DNA of 64,000 bases from an uncultured Prevotella sp. (GCA_946184025.1 CAMHEA010000001.1:4871-68870), one strand, 5' to 3'; counted from the stretch's first letter, positions 20,908 through 30,483 are shown. Made by a program: numbers and translations. Notes: a model not told the origin generated them from the letters alone.

Positions 20908-20919
20908 ATTCATATACAT

Positions 20920-23871
20920 TTATTTTACTACTGTTTTCTTACCGTTGATGATGTAAACACCCTTCTTGAGGTTGATCATGGAGTCGGCATTGCGCTGGAT
21001 AACCTTGCCGTCGATGCTGTAGATGTTGAATACGGCATTGAGCTGGTCGGTGGTAGCGCGGTGGATGCCGGTGGCATCGCTGAAGAATACTTCAAACTTG
21101 GCACTGCCGTTGATGCCGTTTTCCTTCTGGATGTAGCCACGGAAAGCGGGGATGTCGAACATGTTCTTGCCGAACTCAGGTTCTGCCATCGTGCCGTTGA
21201 GGGTGTACTGGTTGTCGGCCTTGGCTACCTTCTCGAAGGTTCCGCGGAAGACGATGTCGCTGCCAGCTCCGCTATTGTTGTTGTTCCAGGTAATGGTCTG
21301 CTCGCCGCCGCCAATCATAACCAAGTCGGCACCAGCTGACTGGTCAACATAGACTACATAGGGCTTGCCTGCCTCGGGGGCTGCCGTCACGCCAGCTTCA
21401 GAGAAGACGAGGGTGGTTACGCCGTCTGCTGTATTTGCATTGGTGAGTTCATAGAACCGTACGTTGTTCTGTATCTTGCCAATCCACGGGAGTACGACGG
21501 TGGCGTAGATGCCAGTGGTATTGAATATACGCAGGAAGACCGGGTCCGTTACCGTGATCGGTGCAATGTGCGTGTTCACGCTGTGGTCTTCGGTGTCGCC
21601 GAAGAAGTCGATAATCTGGATGTTGTAGCCCTGATAGCCATCTGCATCTTTGCGTACCACCTCGTTCTTGCGGAACTTACCGGCAACGGGGCTGATGAAG
21701 AAGGCGTTCGGGTTCTTCGTGGATTCATTGTTGTTGGTTGCGTCGGGGATGTTTTTCACCTTCGTAAAGTCGTAAGCCGTAGCTTTCTGTTCTGCATCGA
21801 TGTTCTTGAACAGATCCATGTTCCATGAGCCGGCGAGCACGACGATGCCGTCTTCGCCTACATAGTCAACGTGGAGGAGGTCTTCAACGATGGTGAAGCT
21901 GATTTCGGTGGTGATGTCAGGATTACTGGTCAGTGCAGCCGTAATGGTGACGGTGGAACCCGGTTCTGTGGCAGCAATGGCCTCCACGTTGCCTTGTGCG
22001 TCGACGGTTATTTTCGTGTCGTCGCTGCTGGTGAAGGTGATGAATCCCGGTGTTACGTCGTTGCCGTCCTGATCAATGATCGTTATCTGGCCGCCTTCTT
22101 CTACATAGATTTCAGAAGGAATCTCGTTGCGATTCTTGATGTCGATAGCGGTGATTTCGGCGTTCTCGTCGCAGTCGCTCTCCTTGAAGACGATGTTGCT
22201 GATGGTCACTTCTGTGTCGGCCTGATTTCCGCCGAAGTCAACGAAGAACTTGATGTTGTTCAGATTCTTGCCAGAAAGCTGGTCGAAGCGGATGACAAAG
22301 TCCTCGTTGGCCTTGAGGGGATAGTCTCTGTTGACATATTCATAGCCTGTTCCTAACTGGAAGGCAACGGTGACGGGCTTGCTCACGCGGATGGTTGCCG
22401 ACATGTCGTAGTTGTTTTCTGTATTTGTGGCAATGTCGGAGGTGATGGAGAGCTGAGCCTGCCAGCGTTCCCATGTGGCAGCAGAGAGGTTGAAGGTGTA
22501 GACACCATTGTTCTCAGTGACTTCAGGTGCGTCTGTCGCAGTCCATCCTGGTGCGTAGTACCAGCTGATGGTCTTGTTGGCTGTTTTCCAGAGGTTGCAG
22601 GGCGTGTCGTAGTCGAAGGGTACAGCAGGCTCAATGGGAGCGTCGGTGCTGAAGTAGAAGTCAGCAAGCAGGAACTCCGTTTCGCCAACCAGTTCAATGA
22701 GCGTGTAGTTGTTCTGGAAGTTCACATTGGGTATCTCGATGTAGTTCCACTGTCCGGGTGTTACTTCAGCAGAAACAGCTTGTCCGTAGGTGTTGTCCCA
22801 GAATATCTTGCAGGTAGTGGCTGTGGTGGGGTATACGGTAGCGTGTACCGTGCCATAATCGGTACCTGGGGTAATCGAGCCTTGGGTGCGGCTGTTGAAA
22901 CCAGCACCAGTGACATGAACGACCTTGATGTCGCCAATGGTCAATTCCTCTAAAGACTTATAGAACGGGTTAGGAGCACCTCCGCCAACACCCCATCCCG
23001 GATTGGGGTCGGTCATTCCCTTACTATAGGTGGTAGAGTAGACGGGAAGCACGAGTTCTGCATCAATCGTAGGTGCGTCAGGTGCATCGGGGATGGAATA
23101 AACAGTGGCAGAAGCTGTGTTCTCGCCATAGGTTGCGGTGATAACGGCTTTGTCTGCTGTTACAGTCAGTGTGTTTCCATCAAGTGTACCGCCGGTAACG
23201 CTGTATGTGACGCCAGCAATGGTTCCACCTACTTGGTCAGCAGCTTGCAGGGTCACTTCCGTAGCTACACCAGCATTGATAAATGTCGGAGAAACAGTGA
23301 GCGATGTGAGTACGGACTCTTCTTTCTCAAAGGCAGCGAAGGTGCGGATCTTCACGCCCCAGCCATAGTTCGTGGCGATAGTGGGTACGAAGACGATGTA
23401 GCGACCGTTGTTGTCGACGCTCGTTGCGGCATTCTTCTTGTTGCCACCGGCATTATCGAAGGTAGCGATGAGCGTTTCACCGGTAAGGCTGCCGTCGGCA
23501 GCGGGCTCGGTGTCGGTGACATAGATGTTGGCACCGCAGTTGGCACCCTCCCATGTAGACTGGATGGATCCTACAGACTTAGATTCGCCCATGTCGATGT
23601 AGAAGCCTTGGATGCCAATGGCTTGGTTGGCTTCATTGCTGTAACCACCACCGCCAACTTCAGGGAATAGGTAGATGTTGGCCTCGTTACCATCTTGGGT
23701 AATCTTCTGCAGGTCATCATTCTTGATTGTGTACGATTGCGTTCCGTCGTTACTGGTGTAGGTCTTGAGTCCACCCAGAGGCACGACGGTTTTTCCGCTC
23801 GTCAGGTTTGTCTGTGCGAACGTCATCACTGTTGCCATGAGGGCAACGAGCATGAATAGTAATTTTTTCAT
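20920..23871 (-). CDS. Non-catalytic multi-CBM T9SS protein (divergent F5/8-like, putative CBM YYAPGW…WQAQ, Ig-like, pre-CTD domain)
   Basis: Signal peptide; IDMG…WEGA…RYI.F…YGWGVKI; CTD close to that of the GH81. Confidence 0.75.
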   Translation of the reverse strand: MKKLLFMLVALMATVMTFAQTNLTSGKTVVPLGGLKTYTSNDGTQSYTIKNDDLQKITQDGNEANIYLFPEVGGGGYSNEANQAIGIQGFYIDMGESKSVGSIQSTWEGANCGANIYVTDTEPAADGSLTGETLIATFDNAGGNKKNAATSVDNNGRYIVFVPTIATNYGWGVKIRTFAAFEKEESVLTSLTVSPTFINAGVATEVTLQAADQVGGTIAGVTYSVTGGTLDGNTLTVTADKAVITATYGENTASATVYSIPDAPDAPTIDAELVLPVYSTTYSKGMTDPNPGWGVGGGAPNPFYKSLEELTIGDIKVVHVTGAGFNSRTQGSITPGTDYGTVHATVYPTTATTCKIFWDNTYGQAVSAEVTPGQWNYIEIPNVNFQNNYTLIELVGETEFLLADFYFSTDAPIEPAVPFDYDTPCNLWKTANKTISWYYAPGWTATDAPEVTENNGVYTFNLSAATWERWQAQLSITSDIATNTENNYDMSATIRVSKPVTVAFQLGTGYEYVNRDYPLKANEDFVIRFDQLSGKNLNNIKFFVDFGGNQADTEVTISNIVFKESDCDENAEITAIDIKNRNEIPSEIYVEEGGQITIIDQDGNDVTPGFITFTSSDDTKITVDAQGNVEAIAATEPGSTVTITAALTSNPDITTEISFTIVEDLLHVDYVGEDGIVVLAGSWNMDLFKNIDAEQKATAYDFTKVKNIPDATNNNESTKNPNAFFISPVAGKFRKNEVVRKDADGYQGYNIQIIDFFGDTEDHSVNTHIAPITVTDPVFLRIFNTTGIYATVVLPWIGKIQNNVRFYELTNANTADGVTTLVFSEAGVTAAPEAGKPYVVYVDQSAGADLVMIGGGEQTITWNNNNSGAGSDIVFRGTFEKVAKADNQYTLNGTMAEPEFGKNMFDIPAFRGYIQKENGINGSAKFEVFFSDATGIHRATTDQLNAVFNIYSIDGKVIQRNADSMINLKKGVYIINGKKTVVK

Positions 23872-23963
23872 AAGCGTTATTTAATTAGTTAATACAATGA
23901 TTTTTCGGCTTTCTGGTTGCTTAGGGAGTGGTTTTTGACTTCCTTCGTATCATTTTGATGGTG

Positions 23964-24033
23964 CAAATGTAAGCATTTTATTTTATATTATATAAGGTGG
24001 AGCGGATAAAAACCTCACAAAAACCTCACTTTT
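23964..24033 (-). promoter_or_regulatory. Tandem operator-like motif (GTGAGGTTTTT x2) plus -7 box TACATTTG
   Basis: aaaaacctcac aaaaacctcactttt at 24008-24033; caaatgta at 23964-23971. Confidence 0.75.
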
Positions 24034-24096
24034 TAAAGAAAGTACGCTTCCCTACGTCTCCGTTCGGTTGATTTATACTTCGTTTCGCCTTCGCCC

Positions 24097-24195
24097 GGGC
24101 GGATTACAAATCCGACCGAGCGGAGTTTAGGCATTTAGAGATTTTCGTGTAATCTGGGAAATTCGTAGTCTGTTTTAAGTATTTCGTAGTTTGGT
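24097..24195. repeat. Mosaic REP-like element, short copy
   Basis: ggattacaaatccgaccgagcgg plus an inverted copy of 20179-20225. Confidence 0.8.
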
Positions 24196-24218
24196 TGTTT
24201 CAGGTTGTACATGAAGCA

Positions 24219-24253
24219 AGTTAGGAGCCAGGAAAGACTCCTGACTCCTAACT
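24219..24253 (-). terminator. Intrinsic terminator
   Basis: agttaggagccagga-aagac-tcctgactcctaact. Confidence 0.7.
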
Positions 24254-24300
24254 GTTGTAGATGAACTTCTCAGGTGATGAGAACCTGATTCTGTTCCTGC

Positions 24301-26385
24301 TTATTTCCGGATCATCTTCTTGCCATTCTGGATAACGATGCCGCGGTACTGGCTGCCGACACGCTGTCCGGCGAGGTTGTAGCTGGCTTCGTTGTGGCTG
24401 GCGTTCTCGGTGTTCACGCTGCTGATGGCATTCGTTTCAGGTTGCTCAGGCTGTTCGCCGTCGTTGACCTTCAATACGATGTCTTCTACGTTGATGGTCA
24501 CAGCAGGGTTGCCTCCGAAGGCTACGAGCAGGCCGACGTTCTGCATGTCGATTCCCTTCATGGCGATGAACTTGTCGCTCTTTGGGAGGGTGAAGGCTTC
24601 ACCGGCCTTAAGCTGGATGTCTTCTGTGAAATAGAATATGTCGTTGCTACCTCCTTCTTCGGGACGCTGATAGAGCTTGATGGTCGCGTTGATGTCCTTG
24701 TCGGCGGTGAAGGTGGCCTTGAAGTCATAGGTGTTTTCCTTCGAGGTTGCGATGTCGGTGAGGAAGAAGAACTGTGCCTGCCAGATGCCGTTGTCAATAG
24801 CAGGTGTGGCTTCGTTGGTCGTTATCGTGGCAGTTGTCTCGTTGATGTCGACGCTGTAGTTGTCATTGACAGCCCAGTTGGGTGCGAAGTAGACATTCGG
24901 AGTGATTTGGGCACCTGCCCAGAGGTTTGGGTCGGGTTCGCCGGTGGTGATGGCGGTCACGGTAGCGGGTTCGCTCTTCACGCCAACCTCATTGATGGCC
25001 ACGACGGTGATGGTGTATTCCTTGCCGGACTTCAGACCTGTGAATTCCGCTTCGGCTTGCGTACCGCTTGCAGCACTTGCCGTCAGCGTCTCACTGCCGA
25101 GGGTGAACTCGAAGCTGATGTTGCCTTCTGATTCATCAACACCCGTAGCATAGACTGCGATGCTGTTGTCGCCTGTAGCTTCGGCCGAGACTTCGGAGAT
25201 GGCGGGTACGGTAGCATCCAGCTCGGAAGACTTGCCATAGACAGAGAAGTCGTAGATCTTGACACCGTACTGAGTGGCAGCACGGGTGCTGAGGAACTTC
25301 ACATAGCGTACACCCTTGGTGCTGTTGGCGGCATCGCCTTCAGTCCAGAAGTCGGTACGGAACATAACACCTTCGGGGCCTGCCCAGGTGAAGGCGGGAG
25401 CACCGAACTCCTTGTTGCTGCCGGCAAAGGAAATCTGATAGTCGCGGGAGCAGGCACCTTCGAACATGACGCTGATGGCGGTGATGTCGTAGTTGGCCTG
25501 CAGGTCAACGATGAATCCGGTTTCATAGTTGCGTTCTTCGCTGTTTCCGTAGAGTTCCCACAGGCTGTTTATGTTAGCATCGAAGGCTCCTACCTTGCTG
25601 TCTTCCTTGGTGTCCTCGCCGAGTGCTTCCACGCGGGTAGCCCAGTCGGTGAAGAGGTCAATTTTCTCTCCGTCATAGGCTGTTACGGTGACTGCGTTCG
25701 AATGGATGTCGCCTACAGAAGCGGTAATGGTGGCAGAACCTGCCTGTGTCGGGGTGTAGATGTTGCCGCTGACAGTACCGGCATCGGCGGGTTCAACGGT
25801 GTAGGTAACGGTACCCGTTTCGAAGGGAGATCCCAGCTGGTCTTTGCCTGCTGCGGTGAGCGTTACGGCTGAGCCGATGCTGGCATAGGCTGCGGAGGCA
25901 GTGAGGTCGATGCTGGTGAGGACGGGGTCTTCGGCGTTGAACACGCGGAACTCCCAGAAACTGTTACCCCACTGCGTGCCGCGATCGATGGCGTTGTACT
26001 TGATGTAGCGTGCCGTCACGGGAGTGGTGAGTTTGATAGTCTGCGTGTTGGGCATGGCGTTGTTCACACCGGAAGCAATGACGGTGCCGTCGGTGAGCCA
26101 GCCGTCGCCATCAACGTTGTCGCCGGCTTCGATGGTGTAGGTCTTGGTGTAGGCTCCTTCCCAAACGATTTGGATGGTGTTGAACTCCTGTGCAGTGCCG
26201 AGGTCTACCTGCCATGTCTGGTTGTCTTCTTGTGCTGATTCCCAGCGTGTGCCGGTATTGCCGTCAACGGCGGCAGCAGCATTTCCAGTTGTGGCGATGG
26301 CATCCTTGCCTTGCGCCAGATTGTCTTGTGCGAATCCTGCCATAGCGGCGAGGACTGCAACGAGGGTTAATACTGTTTTTTTCAT
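24301..26385 (-). CDS. Non-catalytic T9SS protein: 2x CBM32-like, Ig-like, Fn3, putative CBM, CTD; paralogue of 845..2875 in its N-terminal half
   Basis: NLAQGK…AVDGNTGTRWES; ATQYGVK shared with the 845 gene; YFAPNW…WQAQF shared with the 20920 gene. Confidence 0.82.
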   Translation of the reverse strand: MKKTVLTLVAVLAAMAGFAQDNLAQGKDAIATTGNAAAAVDGNTGTRWESAQEDNQTWQVDLGTAQEFNTIQIVWEGAYTKTYTIEAGDNVDGDGWLTDGTVIASGVNNAMPNTQTIKLTTPVTARYIKYNAIDRGTQWGNSFWEFRVFNAEDPVLTSIDLTASAAYASIGSAVTLTAAGKDQLGSPFETGTVTYTVEPADAGTVSGNIYTPTQAGSATITASVGDIHSNAVTVTAYDGEKIDLFTDWATRVEALGEDTKEDSKVGAFDANINSLWELYGNSEERNYETGFIVDLQANYDITAISVMFEGACSRDYQISFAGSNKEFGAPAFTWAGPEGVMFRTDFWTEGDAANSTKGVRYVKFLSTRAATQYGVKIYDFSVYGKSSELDATVPAISEVSAEATGDNSIAVYATGVDESEGNISFEFTLGSETLTASAASGTQAEAEFTGLKSGKEYTITVVAINEVGVKSEPATVTAITTGEPDPNLWAGAQITPNVYFAPNWAVNDNYSVDINETTATITTNEATPAIDNGIWQAQFFFLTDIATSKENTYDFKATFTADKDINATIKLYQRPEEGGSNDIFYFTEDIQLKAGEAFTLPKSDKFIAMKGIDMQNVGLLVAFGGNPAVTINVEDIVLKVNDGEQPEQPETNAISSVNTENASHNEASYNLAGQRVGSQYRGIVIQNGKKMIRK

Positions 26386-26437
26386 AAGGTTAGAAATTAG
26401 ATATAGTTATTGGAATTTATGTTTCGTATGGAGAAAA

Positions 26438-27982
26438 CTACTTCATCACCACCTTCTCCGTGACGGTTTGTCCGTTGTCGTAGGTGGTTGTGCGGACGAC
26501 CATGCCGTGTGCGGGGGCTTGCAGCTCGCGTCCGGCAAGGTCAAAAAGCCTGACCGACCGTACTGCGCCTTTCTCCGTAACGGCCTTGTCAATGGAAGAA
26601 ACGGGTTCCTCCATGGCGTCGTCTTCACTGCCCACGATGCGAAGCCAGTTCATCTTGTTCTTTGACTGCTTGACGTTGTTTAGCCGCAAGGTGTGGAGAC
26701 CGGCGGTGAGGGGCAGGCTGACGGTCTGCGTCTGCCAGGCGTTGCCCGTGGAGGGGAGGGCGGCCGTCGTCACCTCCGTTCCGTCTACGAGGAACTCGAT
26801 GGTCGTTCCCTCGTCGTTGCAGAGACGCAGTTCAAGGGTGTAGTCCTTGTCGGTGCCTACGTTGATCTGATAGCTGACATACGGAGTGATGATGTTGTTC
26901 TCCCAGTTCTTGAACTGCTGGAACTCGCTGAGTTCTATCTGCTGCTGGCTTTCGCCGTCGGTGTTGTGGCGCAGCTTGCATTCCGACATATCTATATAGT
27001 CCTTGGCGGGGATGAGCTGTCCCGGTTTCCACCAGCAGGTCTTGTCGAACGACGACATGTGGGCGTAGATGCGTCCCAGTTCGGTGAACTGCAAGTTTTC
27101 ATCGCTGCCTGTGAAGATGTGGTAGTAAGGATAGCTGTTGTTGAAATTGCCGCCGACAGCCATGAACCACGCATAGCCGGCCACGTTGTCGCTCTTCTCC
27201 AGAATCTGTACCTTCTGCACCATCTGGTCTATCTGGTTGTCCTCGTTGGTTACGAAGCCGTCCTTGTCTCCTTCCCAGGCGCAGAACTCAGTGAGCATGA
27301 TCTTCTTCTTGCCATTGCGGGTGAAATAGTCGCGCAGCCGTTTGTCCTTGTCGGAAGCATAGAGGTAGGTGTTCACATACCAGTCTACGGCTCCTGCCCA
27401 GTTCATGTAGGTGTGCAGGGCGATGTAGTCCATGCGCGGGTCGCGGTCGCCATTCTGCTTGCGATACTCCTCGATGAAGGCTCCAAGCCACTCGTCGAGT
27501 CCCCACACCTTGCCGTCGGTAAGTTTCTGGTAGCCGAAGTTCATTGCCGGCGATACGAGTATCAGGCCATAGTCCTCGGCTATCTTCTCTACCTTCGGCC
27601 AGTTCTGTGCAGCCACAGAAGGAATGATGTTCGAACCGCCGTCGCTGCCGGTGAAGTTAGGCTCATTGAAGCCCAGCAACATCTCCGTTTCGGGATGGGC
27701 ATCGAGATACTGGCGCAGCTTCGTCTCGTTGAACTGGTGGTTCCAGCACATCGGCGCAAAACGGATGCCGTCGGACTCGTTGCTCTTCAGCCCGTCGGGC
27801 TCTGGGGCGACAGCCCAGTTGTAGGTCCAGCTCACACCGGGTTTCAGTGCGTCGGTCCATGCTTCTTTATAGCGGGGATTGTTCTCACATACGCCACGTT
27901 TCGGACTGCGCTTCATCTGTGCAGAAGCCGATAGCGAGAATGCCAGTGCCACCATCGTGGCCATCAGATAATAACGTTTCAT
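26438..27982 (-). CDS. GH128 beta-1,3-glucanase with CBM6-like module and T9SS CTD
   Basis: KRG…W.YNW…PM.W…LLGFNEPN…LHTY…LTEF…YAWF; TGNAWQT…L.AG.HTL…NWL. Confidence 0.85.
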   Translation of the reverse strand: MKRYYLMATMVALAFSLSASAQMKRSPKRGVCENNPRYKEAWTDALKPGVSWTYNWAVAPEPDGLKSNESDGIRFAPMCWNHQFNETKLRQYLDAHPETEMLLGFNEPNFTGSDGGSNIIPSVAAQNWPKVEKIAEDYGLILVSPAMNFGYQKLTDGKVWGLDEWLGAFIEEYRKQNGDRDPRMDYIALHTYMNWAGAVDWYVNTYLYASDKDKRLRDYFTRNGKKKIMLTEFCAWEGDKDGFVTNEDNQIDQMVQKVQILEKSDNVAGYAWFMAVGGNFNNSYPYYHIFTGSDENLQFTELGRIYAHMSSFDKTCWWKPGQLIPAKDYIDMSECKLRHNTDGESQQQIELSEFQQFKNWENNIITPYVSYQINVGTDKDYTLELRLCNDEGTTIEFLVDGTEVTTAALPSTGNAWQTQTVSLPLTAGLHTLRLNNVKQSKNKMNWLRIVGSEDDAMEEPVSSIDKAVTEKGAVRSVRLFDLAGRELQAPAHGMVVRTTTYDNGQTVTEKVVMK

Positions 27983-28122
27983 GCCTTATTCCTTTTTATT
28001 TTTTATAGATTGTTGATAATAGATGTTCGGTCGTTGTCTAAGTGTTGTACACAAATACACGCTCTAATTTTGGTTCGTGGAGTGTTTCCTCATTTCTTTT
28101 TCCTACGAACACATTCTGCTTG

Positions 28123-28183
28123 CAAAAATAGGCGTTTTTATCGAAAAAAATAGAGAAAACGACCACGCAAAAACCTCACTTTT
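28123..28183 (-). promoter_or_regulatory. Operator-like motif AAAAGTGAGGTTTTTGCGT plus -7 box TATTTTTG
   Basis: acgcaaaaacctcactttt at 28165-28183; caaaaata at 28123-28130. Confidence 0.78.
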
Positions 28184-28194
28184 GGAAGTAAATG

Positions 28195-28540
28195 GCAAGA
28201 ATCTGCGGAATCTGCTGGAAAATTAAAAGGTCATGCAGATCTCGCAGATTTTGCAGATGGAATACGGACGTGACGATTTTGATTCTCACACAGAGGAGCG
28301 GAACCTTCGCGTCCGCTGTATCATGGCAGGAATCGGATCGCATTGCAAATGCTGATATTCGGTTCGGCCGGATTACAAATCCGCCCGAGCGGACGAGCGG
28401 AGACATTTAGAGTTTTTCGTGTAATCCGAGAAATTCGTAGTCTGTTTTAGGAATTTCGTAGTTTGTTGATTCCGTTCCTTCGTGTAATCTGGGAAATTCG
28501 TAGTTTGGTAGATTTGTGGTTTGGAAAATTCGTCGTTTGG
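28195..28540. repeat. Mosaic REP-like intergenic element, copy 3
   Basis: Near-copy of 20355-20645. Confidence 0.85.
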
Positions 28541-28551
28541 GTTCGGCCGTT

Positions 28552-28687
28552 CTCCAAAAGTGCCATAGTCGCGAGAATTTTTAATTTATTAATTCTCAAA
28601 AAATAAATTATTAATTCTGAAAAAATAAATTAAAAATTCTCATGCCTGAAGTCTGTTTGGTAAAACGTTGGGACTCAGTGGGTTAGC
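28552..28687. repeat. AT-rich 22-bp-period element (family B), copy 1
   Basis: Core 28573-28641 bounded by 16-bp inverted repeats GAGAATTTTTAATTTA; flanks shared with the 50580 and 62910 copies. Confidence 0.85.
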
Positions 28688-28690
28688 GGG

Positions 28691-28795
28691 TCACCTTCGG
28701 ATCGTTTTCTTTCCATTCTGGATGATGATGCCGCGATACTGGCTGCTGACGCATTGGCCGGCGAGGTTGTAGCAGGGGGACGTGGTTTGCGCATT
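28691..28795 (-). pseudogene. Orphan T9SS CTD fragment
   Basis: YNLAGQCVSSQYRGIIIQNGKKTIRR* matches the end of the 24301 gene (YNLAGQRVGSQYRGIVIQNGKKMIRK*); no signal peptide; lies behind a terminator. Confidence 0.75.
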
Positions 28796-28851
28796 GCTTT
28801 TAGTTGTTATGCAGATCGTTTTTGGGAAATGCTGTCGTTCCTTCAGAAACA

Positions 28852-28894
28852 AAAAAAAGCGAGAATCCACCGACAAAGGTGGGTTCTCGCCTTT
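28852..28894 (-). terminator. Intrinsic terminator
   Basis: gcgagaatccacc…ggtgggttctcgc with an A8 run that reads as a U tract on the minus strand. Confidence 0.75.
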
Positions 28895-28918
28895 CTTGTT
28901 TCTTCCTCTTTTCTTTTT

Positions 28919-30364
28919 TTATTTTATGATAACCTTCTTACCGTTGTGGATGTAGACACCCTTGGTCGTCGGTTCAGCCACGCGCACACCTTGCAGGGTG
29001 TACCAGGCGTTGTCGGCGGATTTCATGGCCTTGCCGGATGTCACACCCTCGATGGCACTCGTACCCGTGGTGTTGACTTCCAGACGGGACAGGCCGAAGG
29101 TTGCATAGTTGTCCTTCTGGACGGTGATGGTCTGCTTGCCGGCCTTCAGGGCTACGTCGATGGCGATGTCTTGATATTTGTCAGCACCGCCAGTGCTGGG
29201 AATCTCGAACTTTTCAACGAGAACGTTGCCGTCTTTGTCGAGGATGTTCACGCGCGGCTTCTTGCCGTTATTGGCCAGACGGAGCACGAGCTTGTAGTCG
29301 CCGGCTGCGGCGATGTTGACCTGATAGGTCACTGTCATGCTACCGCCTTGCATGTCGAGTTCCGGACCGTTGTAGAAGAGTTGGTCCTGGCTCTTGCGGA
29401 TGGCGGGTAGATCCTTGCTGTCAACGAACTGGTTGGCAGGGATATTTTCGCCTACTTCATAGAATTTGTCCATGTTGTCGTGGGGCATGTTGTTATAGGC
29501 ATAGCCCAAGTCGGAGAGGTGTCCGCGTTCGATGCCCTTGCTGGAATTGGGCTTGGTGATGAGTCCCCAGTAGGGTGCCTTGCTGTTGCCGTCGCGCCCT
29601 TTGAACCACGCATAGCGGAAAACGTTCTCATTCTTTTCCACCATGCCGACCATGGCTATCATTTTCTTGATTTGGCTCTCTTCCGTTTCGGTGATGCCGT
29701 CGGGCGCAGAGGCAAATTCTGTCAGCCAAACCTGCTTACCGTATTTCTTGGCAAAGTTGTCAATGTAGGGCTTCATGGCTTCGGCAGAGCCCATGTAGCT
29801 GTGCAGAGCCAGATAATCGTACTGGGGGGCGGTGCCGTAGGCATCCTTGTAGGCCTTGATCCATGCATCCATCCACATGTCGGGCGTGCTATAGTGTACG
29901 CCGTCCACGATATCCGGTGAATAGTTAAGGGCAGGAGCAATGAGCGAGAGGTTGTTGTCTTTGGCAAACTGCTCAATCTCATGCCATTTTTCGGCTGCCA
30001 CCGTGGGGGGGATGGCACTGCCACCGTGGTCGCCAGTAAGGTTGGGCTCGTTGAAACCGAGCACATAGCGGTCGTTGGGATGGGCATCGGACCATGCCTT
30101 AATGCTGTTAAGGTCGAAACCTGCGCCCCAAATCATCGGAACAAACTCCAGACCGTTCTCCACACCGCACTTGTCGGCAATCTGTGGGCGGGGAGCGGTA
30201 CCCCAGTCATAGAACCATGTACTGCCTTTTTTCAGCTGTTCATAGTCTTCTTCATAGACTAAAGCTTCTTCACCGAAGCCGCGTTTGAAACTTCTGTTGT
30301 CCTGAGCAAGGAGCGTTGTGCTCGAAAGAGTGATTGTCAGCAGAAGGATAGAAAGCTTTCTCAT
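28919..30364 (-). CDS. GH128 beta-1,3-glucanase with CBM6-like module and T9SS CTD
   Basis: WFYDWG, FVPMIW, LGFNEPN, LHSY, WLTEF, FRYAWF; CTD WYTLQG…KGVYIHNGKKVIIK. Confidence 0.87.
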   Translation of the reverse strand: MRKLSILLLTITLSSTTLLAQDNRSFKRGFGEEALVYEEDYEQLKKGSTWFYDWGTAPRPQIADKCGVENGLEFVPMIWGAGFDLNSIKAWSDAHPNDRYVLGFNEPNLTGDHGGSAIPPTVAAEKWHEIEQFAKDNNLSLIAPALNYSPDIVDGVHYSTPDMWMDAWIKAYKDAYGTAPQYDYLALHSYMGSAEAMKPYIDNFAKKYGKQVWLTEFASAPDGITETEESQIKKMIAMVGMVEKNENVFRYAWFKGRDGNSKAPYWGLITKPNSSKGIERGHLSDLGYAYNNMPHDNMDKFYEVGENIPANQFVDSKDLPAIRKSQDQLFYNGPELDMQGGSMTVTYQVNIAAAGDYKLVLRLANNGKKPRVNILDKDGNVLVEKFEIPSTGGADKYQDIAIDVALKAGKQTITVQKDNYATFGLSRLEVNTTGTSAIEGVTSGKAMKSADNAWYTLQGVRVAEPTTKGVYIHNGKKVIIK

Positions 30365-30428
30365 AATGATAGTTCTTTATTTTTAATAAGGTATTGTGAT
30401 ACTTGCCAAGGGGACAAGAGAAGGAAAG

Positions 30429-30456
30429 AGGCTGTGCCGTGACGACGGCACAGCCT
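30429..30456 (-). terminator. Intrinsic terminator
   Basis: aggctgtgccgt-gacg-acggcacagcct. Confidence 0.7.
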
Positions 30457-30483
30457 TTGGGTTAGTTTTTATTCAACGTTAGC

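Noticed and set aside
33-20919. Lasso peptide/RiPP gene cluster suggested by the YxxP peptides
   Set aside because: No cyclase, B1/B2, radical SAM or exporter genes in the window; kept only as a motif resemblance.
20280-28410. Similar short ORFs 20280..20498 and 28176..28406 (also 563..745, 20528..20779, 28192..28410)
   Set aside because: They lie inside the repeated palindromic element, so their similarity is explained by the DNA repeat.
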